A DNA stretch of 64,000 nt. Source: Candidatus Woesearchaeota archaeon. Lineage in GTDB: Archaea; Nanobdellota; Nanobdellia; Woesearchaeales; GW2011-AR9. Shown piece after piece: positions 1 through 8,628 of the stretch. The stretch is from assembly GCA_945861715.1 (NCBI GenBank), contig CAMAVK010000003.1:3344-67343 (forward strand), written 5' to 3'. The stretch's first letter is position 1. The number at the start of each line of letters is the position of its first letter. The position numbers and the translations under genes are program-made. A model generated the notes under the pieces. The model saw only the letters and a program-made list of their open reading frames with translations. It was not told the origin of the DNA and searched no databases.

Positions 1-135
1 ATTATGAAAAAAGAGAGTCGACAACAAGACCCCAAATAGAATTCTTGTAAAGAACTTTACAAACTAGAGCTGAATAAAATCACAAAAAAAAGAAACACCT
101 ATACTCTTCTTCCCCAAATCCGGATCAGAAACATT

Positions 136-498
136 CTACTTCGATCCATACCCAGCTTGCTTCATCACACTCTCATACACCATCGTGAGTGCTGCATACT
201 CTTTGGAACCTTTCATATCAAATTCTTTACCCGAATTCTGCAAACCATCCATCTGTCTTCCTAGTTGTTGCGCAACACCAGCATAAAATGGCTTTGCCAT
301 GTCTTGTGGCATTGTTTGCAACAGTGCATAGGCACCAAGGGGGCTAGTTTCAAGCAACCTGTTATACAGACCTGCTAATTCAGTAAGCGCTCCTAATTTT
401 CCTTTACCTTCAGGCGATTTCAAACCAAAGTGGTCTGTAATCCCAAGTAATCCTTCTAAACCTTTGAAGGTTTTATTTTTTTCATTTGTGTCTTTCAT
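136..498 (-). CDS. hypothetical protein (120 aa)
   Basis: ATG-started ORF; TATA-like sequence upstream; no recognisable motif. Confidence 0.6.
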   Translation of the reverse strand: MKDTNEKNKTFKGLEGLLGITDHFGLKSPEGKGKLGALTELAGLYNRLLETSPLGAYALLQTMPQDMAKPFYAGVAQQLGRQMDGLQNSGKEFDMKGSKEYAALTMVYESVMKQAGYGSK

Positions 499-515
499 TT
501 TTCATCACAAACCTG

Positions 516-551
516 AAATATACTTCCGCCTTTAAATATACTTCCGCCTTT
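516..551. repeat. 18-bp tandem duplication AAATATACTTCCGCCTTT x2 in the promoter of 136..498
   Basis: identical units at 516-533 and 534-551. Confidence 0.85.
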
Positions 552-670
552 ATTAATAACATGAATAAAGTGAGACAATTAAGTCCTATCATCCTCACTT
601 TCATACTCACCAATTTTTCTCCCCTCAAACACCAAAACCTTTATAAATAAAGCACTGCCCCAAAACAACT

Positions 671-856
671 ATGGGACGAATTAAGACGACTTACATCAAA
701 CGAAAAACCCGAGAAATTCTCAAACTTCACGGTGAAAAGTTTACCACAGACTTTACCTTTAACAAGTTACGTGTAAACGAAAACACGAGTATTTACAGTA
801 AGAAAATCCGTAATACTATTGCAGGGTACATCTCACGTTTAAAGAAGAGAGAATAA
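671..856 (+). CDS. rps17e: 30S ribosomal protein S17e
   Basis: MGRIKT...FTTDF..NK...SKKIRNTIAGYISR signature; TTTATAAA box about 25 nt upstream (leaderless). Confidence 0.95.
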   Translation: MGRIKTTYIKRKTREILKLHGEKFTTDFTFNKLRVNENTSIYSKKIRNTIAGYISRLKKRE

Positions 857-968
857 ACATTCTACCTTTTTGTTTTTTTCAGAAATTTTTTATCATCTAT
901 TTTTTTGCAGACCTCTAACCAAGAGAAACCATTATATACCTTCCACCCCACCTATATCTCGGTGACAG

Positions 969-2603
969 ATGGATATTTCTCAAGATATTAAAGACTTAGC
1001 ACGTCTCAAGCAAATTATTTCCGTTCTCACAAAATCGGGATTTGCTTCTCAACTTGCTTCAACCCAACTCAAAACACACCTTCCGTTATTATCCCGTTTT
1101 GCTCCCACCCCATTAACCCCCAAAGATCAAGCAAAAAATCTCAAAACTGCATTTATTGAACTTGGTCCCACATTTGTAAAACTAGGCCAACTTCTAAGCG
1201 TCCGACCAGATCTAGTTCCCGAAGAATACTGTGAAGAATTCAAAAGTTTACAAGACAACGTTCCGCCGTTTCCCTTTGAACAAGTGCAACAAATTATAGA
1301 AGCCGAGCTTAAATCCCCCCTATCAAAAATATTCAAATCGTTCACTAAAGTTCCACTTGCATCAGCTTCAATTGCCCAAGTGCATCGTGCAGTTTTAAGA
1401 GATGGAACGCTAGTTGCCGTAAAAGTTCAAAGACCAAACATCGAAGGAATAATTAACACCGACTTGGACATCCTTCTTACTATTGCGCATCAATTAGAAT
1501 CTCATATCGAAAAAATAAAACCATACCGACCAGTTGAAATTGCCAAAGAATTTGCTCTGTGGACGAGACGAGAACTCAACTTTACCCGAGAAGCCGCAAG
1601 TGCAATTCACTTGCAAAATATCTTAAAAGATGTACCAAAAGTACGTACCCCAAAAATGTATCTTGAATACACAACTAAACGTGTTCTTACCATGGAATAC
1701 ATCGACGGAAAACGTCTTGATGACCAATCCAATTTCAAAACACATTCACGCCATGATATCATCATGCGGTATTTCACATCAATACTCACACAAGCCTTAG
1801 GTGGCGGTTTCTTCCATGCTGATCCGCATCCTGCCAACATTTTCATCGACAAAAGAGGCAATCTCATTTTCCTTGACTTTGGCATCATGGGGGAATTGAA
1901 CGAAGAAGACAGAATCAAAATAATCTCCTTCATCACCTCCATTAACGGAGCAAATACAAATCATAGTATCAATATCATCATTTCTTTAGCTCGCAACACA
2001 ACACATGCTGACCTTGAACAATTCAAAGATGAATCGCTTCCTTTGCTTCGCGACGCCTATGTACATACTATCGCTGAAAACAGTGCGGGAAAAATTCTGT
2101 ATCAGATTCTCAAGTTAGGCGCACAACATGGATTAATCTTCGACCCAAATCATATTCTCATGGCCAAAGCCATGTATCAAACCGAAGGCATCGCAATCAA
2201 ATTGGACCCTAGTTTCAAAATCGCGAGTGGCCTTTCTACATTTGCAGATACCTACCTTAAAAAAATGTATTCGCCTCGAAAAATCCTTGAGCGAGCCACC
2301 AAAAAGCTAACGGATAATCGAGAACTTCTCCTTGAATTACCAGACCATATTATAAAAATAATGAACCGACTCGAACATCAAAATGATAACCAAATCACCC
2401 GGCAAGAGCTCTTAGAACACGACGACAAATTGTATCATAACCTTAAACAATCCATGATGATTGCTCTCATACTCATTCTTGGTTTTGCCGCATCCATAAT
2501 GATTTATCTCGGTGGCACAACACAAATTCTCAGCATTCCCCTCACCTATCTTTTCCTTGCAATTGCTTTAATCATCCTCATCTGGTATACGGTTAGAAAT
2601 TAA
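969..2603 (+). CDS. ABC1/UbiB/AarF family atypical kinase with C-terminal TM helices
   Basis: ELGPTFVKLGQLLS, ASASIAQVH, VAVKVQRP, FFHADPHPAN, LDFG motifs. Confidence 0.92.
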   Translation: MDISQDIKDLARLKQIISVLTKSGFASQLASTQLKTHLPLLSRFAPTPLTPKDQAKNLKTAFIELGPTFVKLGQLLSVRPDLVPEEYCEEFKSLQDNVPPFPFEQVQQIIEAELKSPLSKIFKSFTKVPLASASIAQVHRAVLRDGTLVAVKVQRPNIEGIINTDLDILLTIAHQLESHIEKIKPYRPVEIAKEFALWTRRELNFTREAASAIHLQNILKDVPKVRTPKMYLEYTTKRVLTMEYIDGKRLDDQSNFKTHSRHDIIMRYFTSILTQALGGGFFHADPHPANIFIDKRGNLIFLDFGIMGELNEEDRIKIISFITSINGANTNHSINIIISLARNTTHADLEQFKDESLPLLRDAYVHTIAENSAGKILYQILKLGAQHGLIFDPNHILMAKAMYQTEGIAIKLDPSFKIASGLSTFADTYLKKMYSPRKILERATKKLTDNRELLLELPDHIIKIMNRLEHQNDNQITRQELLEHDDKLYHNLKQSMMIALILILGFAASIMIYLGGTTQILSIPLTYLFLAIALIILIWYTVRN

Positions 2604-2691
2604 CCGCACACCATAATCATAACCAATTGATAAAACACATTAACCCCAAAAAATAAACTAACCAAAGTAACTAAACACCCGAGGCATAAAC

Positions 2692-3072
2692 ATGACAAAG
2701 AAACCACTTCATCAAGACAACCTAAAAGACCGAGCAAAAATTGCACTCAAAATTGGCTACGGCCTGAGCATCCTATCACTTGACAAAGCTCATCAGATAG
2801 CAAAACATGTCAAGACTCAACTTGATTTAGACGACAAAGAATCAACCAGACTCGCTAAAGAAATCGTTAAAAAATCAAAAAAAGCAAGTGACGACGTATT
2901 AGGAAAAGTAAGTGAACATGTTGAAAAAGCAATTTTGGACAGCGGACTTGCAACTAAACGTGAACTCAAGTACGCAACCAAAACATTACGTAATCGAATC
3001 AAAGAAAAATTAACCGGCAAAAAGGAAACGCGGTGGGAAAAGATCAAGAAAAAAGTCCTGAGAAAAAAGTAA
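2692..3072 (+). CDS. phasin-like (PHA-granule regulator family) helical protein
   Basis: IGYGLSILSLDKA...GLATKREL pattern; adjacency to an ABC1 kinase is typical of this family; GAGG SD. Confidence 0.55.
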   Translation: MTKKPLHQDNLKDRAKIALKIGYGLSILSLDKAHQIAKHVKTQLDLDDKESTRLAKEIVKKSKKASDDVLGKVSEHVEKAILDSGLATKRELKYATKTLRNRIKEKLTGKKETRWEKIKKKVLRKK

Positions 3073-3160
3073 TTTTTTACCTCTTTTATACATGCATCTC
3101 TCAGTGTTATCACTAACAAGAGACAATACCTTTAAAAATAGTCCTTTTAATTAGTTCAAT

Positions 3161-3508
3161 ATGGACTCACAAGGTAAAAATCTCGAACAAAAATTAGGTT
3201 TGAACTCACGAGGTTCTACTTCGCAAGGTTCCATTTCATCAATAGATCAAGACCATGATCCCCCAAGATTATCTTATCTCGAACATCTACTCCCAGGATC
3301 ATTATTTTGCGGCACTCTTGGTGAAGATATTCCTTTCACCACAAAAGCAGCGTGTTATGTTGCAGAAATAGGCATGTGTGCAATCCCAAATCTGGGTTTC
3401 TATAATAATAGTGTCACCGTCCCACTTCTAGTATATTGTGGACTGCGTGCCGCATATGTAACCGCAATGAATCATCTCTATGCAGACGATAAAAATGGAG
3501 CTGAATAA
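3161..3508 (+). CDS. hypothetical protein, hydrophobic C-terminal half
   Basis: ORF with TTTAAAAA box upstream; 3 nt before next ATG. Confidence 0.55.
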   Translation: MDSQGKNLEQKLGLNSRGSTSQGSISSIDQDHDPPRLSYLEHLLPGSLFCGTLGEDIPFTTKAACYVAEIGMCAIPNLGFYNNSVTVPLLVYCGLRAAYVTAMNHLYADDKNGAE

Positions 3509-3511
3509 ACA

Positions 3512-4300
3512 ATGAACTCATTCCTCAACAAAGCAATTCCTTGTACAGTAATTGGAGTAGTCAGCTATCTTGGATATGAAATTGGTGATTTCATCCATCT
3601 TCGAACCGGTCATTCTGAACAAGTCGAAAGTCGTATCACTCAAAACAAATCAAGATACATTCAAGAACAAAAAGCAATTGGAATGGGCCAAGACAATTAT
3701 TTCAAATTTAATTTCGATGTTCCTCTTCTGCAACCAAATATTCCTGAAGACGCCGTTGCACTATATCCTGGAAGCGGTAACACTATTTATGTTCGAAGTC
3801 TCCTGCTTGAATCAAAAGCAGAGGATCGAAACCCCTATCCAAACACAACTTTCGAACAAACAATAGATGCCACCGCTCATCACGAAATGATTCATTATTA
3901 TATGGCACAAACCTGTGGTTGTGGTGGTATTACTTTAAATGGCGCTGAAGGCTCACCTGAACGACTTTCACAGAAACTTATCGCTGAAGGTGTAGCAGAG
4001 TACCTATCGCTGAAGCTCACCCACATCAAAAACCCACTAACAGAAAATGATATCCCTGTTGCTGATTTGAGTAATCTTTCTTCACAGTTAGAACAAATTT
4101 CCTCCAAACTGTACCCACTTGGTGCAGTAGTTGTTCAACCTCTCTTAGACCAATTCGGCCCAGACTCCATGTGTCACCTCTATGATCATCCCCCTACTAC
4201 GTTGGAACTTCTAGACCTCAGAGTGTATCAAGATCGCATGACAACTGAAATAAAAAGCAAACCAGCAAAACTCTCACACCCAATCGACTCCCCACAATAG
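3512..4300 (+). CDS. putative membrane-anchored zincin metallopeptidase
   Basis: N-terminal hydrophobic segment, HHEMIH (HExxH) and downstream AEGVAEY gluzincin-like motif. Confidence 0.65.
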   Translation: MNSFLNKAIPCTVIGVVSYLGYEIGDFIHLRTGHSEQVESRITQNKSRYIQEQKAIGMGQDNYFKFNFDVPLLQPNIPEDAVALYPGSGNTIYVRSLLLESKAEDRNPYPNTTFEQTIDATAHHEMIHYYMAQTCGCGGITLNGAEGSPERLSQKLIAEGVAEYLSLKLTHIKNPLTENDIPVADLSNLSSQLEQISSKLYPLGAVVVQPLLDQFGPDSMCHLYDHPPTTLELLDLRVYQDRMTTEIKSKPAKLSHPIDSPQ

Positions 4301-4350
4301 TTTTTAACCAACAACAATCTTTATTAATCGCCATCCCCATCTTCAGATTC

Positions 4351-4767
4351 ATGGCACAAATTGATATTAATCCTTGGGCAGTACTTGTAGCTGCAGTAGT
4401 AAACATGGCACTGGGCGCACTTTGGTACGCACCGTTTTTATTTGGAAAAATCTGGATGACATCTCTGCAACGTCGAGACAAAGAAGTAGAAAAACTCAAA
4501 CAAAATTCAAATTACTTCCACCTCTTCACACTTTTGGGTGCACTTGTCTCCAGTTTTGTACTCGCACATTTTGTTGATTACGTTGGAGCAACAACATTCT
4601 GGGCTGGCATGCAAGTAGGTCTCTGGTGCTGGCTAGGATTCGTAGTCGCAACAGCTATCTCATCCACGCTCTACGAAGGACGATCTAAAAAATTATATTT
4701 CTTAAACATCGGATACTACTTCGTTGCGTTCTTAGTAATGGGTGGAATCTTAGCTGTATGGGTGTAG
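4351..4767 (+). CDS. DUF1761 family membrane protein
   Basis: INPWAVLVAAV...LGALWY.P.LFGK.W signature; 4 TM helices. Confidence 0.85.
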   Translation: MAQIDINPWAVLVAAVVNMALGALWYAPFLFGKIWMTSLQRRDKEVEKLKQNSNYFHLFTLLGALVSSFVLAHFVDYVGATTFWAGMQVGLWCWLGFVVATAISSTLYEGRSKKLYFLNIGYYFVAFLVMGGILAVWV

Positions 4768-4826
4768 AGTAATAACCACATAACTTATTTCTTCTCTTTC
4801 TTTTTAATTTTTCATAATAACTTTTT

Positions 4827-5621
4827 TTAATCTGTATAAGAAAAGAAATTATTCTCTCGTTTCACCACAACATCCGCATGCGAATCAATAAGAGACTCCA
4901 GCGGAGTGCCTTTATCCAACAAAAAGATATTCGTCTGACATCGCACCTTCCCAGGATCATATGCAGCCCATGCCCAAGGAATTCCAATATAAGAATAGCC
5001 AAGTGACGTAACGAGCGACGCAAGATTTTTCGCTCCCGCATCTCCAAACACCTTCTTTCCAAGAATCAAACAATTCAACGGATGACATACACCAACATCC
5101 CCACTAAATTCGATGAGTTCAACTCCTGCCTTACGTGCAACCAATTTCGTTTTATCCTTGGACCGATCAAGTTGATACGGCCCATGTGTATCAACAATCA
5201 AATGTTCCCCAATAGCCATAGTATACAAATCAATATGGGGATGAAATTGGCAAGCACCATTTCGGCGAAATGTCGGCAAAACATGCGCAGTATAACCAGA
5301 CTCCATTGAAGCCATCCTCTCAATTCGTTCCCAAAATCGAGGCAATGATTCCTTTCTTCCCCTCACATCAACACAATCTGAAATAAACATATTCGCGCCT
5401 GACATCACACTCATCCCACCCTCACCGCTACGAGCATCCACACAGCGCAAATACTCCCCATGAGCAGACATAATGTAATGATCGCGAATCCATCGCTGCG
5501 TAGGAACCGTTATAACGGGGATACCTTGGCGTTGTAAAACCGTCGCAATCGCTTTGTAATTTCTTCCATTACCATAACTCACAACAACCGCAAAATTATC
5601 TTCAGCGCTCAAGACGTTCAC
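4827..5621 (-). CDS. pentein (amidinotransferase/deiminase) superfamily protein
   Basis: WIRDH, GEGG, HPHIDL and C-terminal GKVRCQTN (catalytic Cys) motifs; start overlaps the sua5 end. Confidence 0.6.
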   Translation of the reverse strand: MNVLSAEDNFAVVVSYGNGRNYKAIATVLQRQGIPVITVPTQRWIRDHYIMSAHGEYLRCVDARSGEGGMSVMSGANMFISDCVDVRGRKESLPRFWERIERMASMESGYTAHVLPTFRRNGACQFHPHIDLYTMAIGEHLIVDTHGPYQLDRSKDKTKLVARKAGVELIEFSGDVGVCHPLNCLILGKKVFGDAGAKNLASLVTSLGYSYIGIPWAWAAYDPGKVRCQTNIFLLDKGTPLESLIDSHADVVVKRENNFFSYTD

Positions 5622-6198
5622 CTGTAAGTATATTCACAATAGTAGATGGTCGACCAGACTTCATACCTTCATCAATAATAAAATCAACACTCTCCAAAAT
5701 CGAAGCAGGAATTTCAGAAATAGCACATGCAAATGGTTGCCCTGATACATTCACCGACGTTGTCACCAGCGGAAATCCAAGTTCAGCCACAACAGACGAA
5801 AACCAATGATCTGGAATGCGCAACCCCACTACCTCCAAACCACAAAGAACCTCTGCAGAAAATGCGACGTTCCCTACTTTTTCCCGCAGCGGAACAAGTA
5901 ATGTATATGGGCCAGGTAACACCATCAAACTATCCACTTCCACAGAGCAATATTTCAAAATCCACAGTTTTGATGGGGCCCATACCGAAAGCGGCTTCAC
6001 ATCTCTTTGTTTCATGTCCCTAATTCGCGCAACCGCAGTAGAATTTCGAGCATCACATGATAACCCATAAATCGTATCCGTCGGACAAATAAACACTGCC
6101 CCTGCTCGAATCATCTCCAAATATTTCTCCTTATGAAGTTCAAACTGACTATGAGAAATAATCTTCTGTTCCATTTTAGAGCGCGATGCCTCATCCAT
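5602..6198 (-). CDS. sua5: L-threonylcarbamoyladenylate synthase (TsaC/YrdC/Sua5 family)
   Basis: PTDTIYGL, K.R...KPL, LPGPYTL, GLRIP, TTSVNVSG, PSTIV; start placed at ATG 6198 from TATA spacing. Confidence 0.9.
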   Translation of the reverse strand: MDEASRSKMEQKIISHSQFELHKEKYLEMIRAGAVFICPTDTIYGLSCDARNSTAVARIRDMKQRDVKPLSVWAPSKLWILKYCSVEVDSLMVLPGPYTLLVPLREKVGNVAFSAEVLCGLEVVGLRIPDHWFSSVVAELGFPLVTTSVNVSGQPFACAISEIPASILESVDFIIDEGMKSGRPSTIVNILTGERLER

Positions 6199-6309
6199 AT
6201 TGATTAAAAAATGGAGCGGCATTAAAAACATACCGCCCCAAAAGGGATGGGGTAAATAGAATCATAAATATATCAGTAACAATCACAAAATCAAAAATAA
6301 ATCAAGAAC

Positions 6310-6507
6310 TCAAGCAACTCCATATTCATCTAAATACGTCTGTGCAGTATGATCACGTTCATACTTCTCTTGTAAATGTAAAATACGATCATGTACTGTT
6401 TCCTTTTGCTCAAAAATAATTCCTTGTTTCACCGGAAAATGAACCCTATACATGTTTGTTGTATCAACAACCTTATTTTGTCCAAATCTTGTAACGTTTG
6501 CCATCAT
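6310..6507 (-). CDS. small protein (65 aa) with C-terminal PIP-box-like QTYLDEY
   Basis: AGGTGA SD before ATG at 6507; second gene downstream of a box-containing promoter. Confidence 0.6.
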   Translation of the reverse strand: MMANVTRFGQNKVVDTTNMYRVHFPVKQGIIFEQKETVHDRILHLQEKYERDHTAQTYLDEYGVA

Positions 6508-6582
6508 TTCACCTATTTTTTCATTTCTTATTTTCTTCTCAACACTCCTAATCAAACCAAAAATGTAACCTTATAACTTGAA

Positions 6583-6741
6583 TCAAATCCATGCTTCACT
6601 ATATTGAAAGTCAATCAAATCTTCTCGTTGCATAACCGTGCGCCGAGTCAAATCCTCAACCTGTCTTTGAAATAAATGTGAAATAGTAGATTCTCGTAAG
6701 TCCACCTTGCGTCCATCAATAGCCATTCTTGTTGTCATCAT
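6583..6741 (-). CDS. small protein (52 aa) MMTTRMAIDGRKVDL...EAWI, below the ORF-track cutoff
   Basis: manual translation; GGGGGGATG SD-like sequence upstream; first ORF after the boxed TATA at about 6834-6841. Confidence 0.6.
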   Translation of the reverse strand: MMTTRMAIDGRKVDLRESTISHLFQRQVEDLTRRTVMQREDLIDFQYSEAWI

Positions 6742-6848
6742 ATCGCATCCCCCCTTTTTTCATTCATCAATTCAACATCATTATTCAGGCACTCACACAC
6801 ATGTGCTCGATAACATCTTTGTATGCGAAGTCCTTTAAATACCCTAGG

Positions 6849-6876
6849 CGCACTTGTCCAGTGCGGGAGTGGCTCT
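6849..6876 (-). promoter_or_regulatory. conserved upstream box, copy 1 (28-bp direct repeat with 12259..12286)
   Basis: plus strand CGCACTTGTCCAGTGCGGGAGTGGCTCT; dyad CGCACT-N5-AGTGCG; about 10-12 nt upstream of minus-strand TATTTAAA. Confidence 0.8.
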
Positions 6877-6957
6877 CTGAGCCTAATGTCCTAACCAGGC
6901 ACACCAGAAAAAACTCTAAACAAACTATTCTAATATCAAAATTAATTTTTCTAATAA

Positions 6958-7596
6958 TTATTCAGTATCAAGAGGTAGAAGAATTTCTTTCCCATTATTT
7001 TTAACCGAATTCACCGCATCCGACACTTCAAATAATCTCATGCTCTCAGATGCAAACGGCGTAAGCATAGCAAGCGGCTCTTTAGTCGTGAGCCATTCCT
7101 GTTCTTTCTCCATAGGGAGAATCACAGGCATGCGTTCATGAACCTCCTTCATCACAGAATTAGCACTGCAGGTGATAATAGAAAAAGTCGTAATACCTTG
7201 CCAAGTGCTATAAATCCCCGCAAACGCAAAAAGTTCACCATTCTGCAATTCAATTCGAAATGGTTGTTTACCCATCGCCATTTTTTTCCATTCATAGAAC
7301 CCATCTGCGATCACTAAACAGCGATGCAGCACAACTGCTTTCTTAAACGTCGGCTTCTCATCAATCGTCTCGGCTCTGGCATTAATCATCGTATAACCCA
7401 TCTTCGCATCCTCTGCCCAAGACGGAATAAATCCAAAGCGTGCCATCACAATCTCAGTTGGATTTTCGTTTGTAATAATAGGAACCATTTGAGAGGGAGC
7501 AACATTGTAGTTTGGTTTCCACACAGCGTTCATCGTAGCATGGAACCGTTCTTCAATTTGTTCTTTGGATGGTATTACACTAAATCTCCCGCACAT
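6958..7596 (-). CDS. SOS response-associated peptidase (SRAP/HMCES/YedK), abasic-site protection
   Basis: N-terminal MCGRF, YNVAPSQ, INARAET, GFYEW, HERMPVIL. Confidence 0.95.
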   Translation of the reverse strand: MCGRFSVIPSKEQIEERFHATMNAVWKPNYNVAPSQMVPIITNENPTEIVMARFGFIPSWAEDAKMGYTMINARAETIDEKPTFKKAVVLHRCLVIADGFYEWKKMAMGKQPFRIELQNGELFAFAGIYSTWQGITTFSIITCSANSVMKEVHERMPVILPMEKEQEWLTTKEPLAMLTPFASESMRLFEVSDAVNSVKNNGKEILLPLDTE

Positions 7597-7936
7597 GAAT
7601 AAACCCTAAGAAAGACAACATAAAAAGCTTCTGCCTTATTGATGAATATTGCAGAAATTCAAGAACATTTTATATAGTTCTTCATTTATCAATAGGTTAT
7701 GAAACAAAACGTTGTAGCAATCCGGTACTTTTCTTCTACTACTACAACTACTACTTCTTACTAAAGATTTTCTCTTACGCGCGGAATCATGCGGATGAGT
7801 TCTCTGGTTTGGTAAACCGCCTGAACCATCCAAATTCCTGCACGGACAGAGAATTAGAATTGATTCAAATTTGTGGCGTATAGCCAGCAAATACATCGCA
7901 TACCTAGTCGACAGACTCTAAACTGTGGAATAGAAC

Positions 7937-8596
7937 ATGAAAAATGAACAAAAAGTATCTAAAATATTGGAGGGAAGAGTACAAAATCTCGAAATTGATT
8001 TCTCATCAAAAGAGGCCCTCGCGAAATTTAATTTTCTGTCAGAATTAGCGGTACGTCCCTCATTGGTACTTGATTATGTTGCTTGTCCCGGTGATGGTTC
8101 AGCATATAGTCGTTTTTTTGGTCAATTGATTGATCTTTTTGGCAATCCACGTGACGAATTTATTGAACGTGTAAAAGGAGATTATATAGAGAGATTTAGT
8201 AAATCTAAACTGGATGGTAATTCTCTTTGGAACTTCAATCCTCGGGGAGCATTTCTGGATCAATGTCTGCGCGGTTCGGATGAATATGTGCGTGATGAGT
8301 TTATTGGAAAAATCGTTCGAGCAGGTCATCGACTCTACGAACAGTACGGTGGGATGGGCTGGAATAGGAATGAGGGAGGCCCGCGACGAGAGGTCTTGCA
8401 GGATAAAATTGTGTGGGGAGTACAAGATGTGGTACTACGCGAGTTTTATGATCTACCAAAAGGATATGGATTTGATTCAGGCTCACTTCACTATTGTCAA
8501 TTTGAACTAGAAGGTTTGTCTGACCGGAGACCATTACATCCACAAGATTTGAATGTAGTCGAAAGAAAACAGGGACCGGTTTTTCCCAATCTTTAA
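7937..8596 (+). CDS. hypothetical protein (219 aa)
   Basis: long ATG ORF converging on polB; no motif recognised. Confidence 0.6.
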   Translation: MKNEQKVSKILEGRVQNLEIDFSSKEALAKFNFLSELAVRPSLVLDYVACPGDGSAYSRFFGQLIDLFGNPRDEFIERVKGDYIERFSKSKLDGNSLWNFNPRGAFLDQCLRGSDEYVRDEFIGKIVRAGHRLYEQYGGMGWNRNEGGPRREVLQDKIVWGVQDVVLREFYDLPKGYGFDSGSLHYCQFELEGLSDRRPLHPQDLNVVERKQGPVFPNL

Positions 8597-8628
8597 TTAC
8601 CTAAGATTTTTCTTTTTTCTTTTTACAT

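Noticed and set aside
1..66. 3' end of an upstream plus-strand ORF
   Set aside because: Only about 21 codons visible; cannot be supported or assigned.
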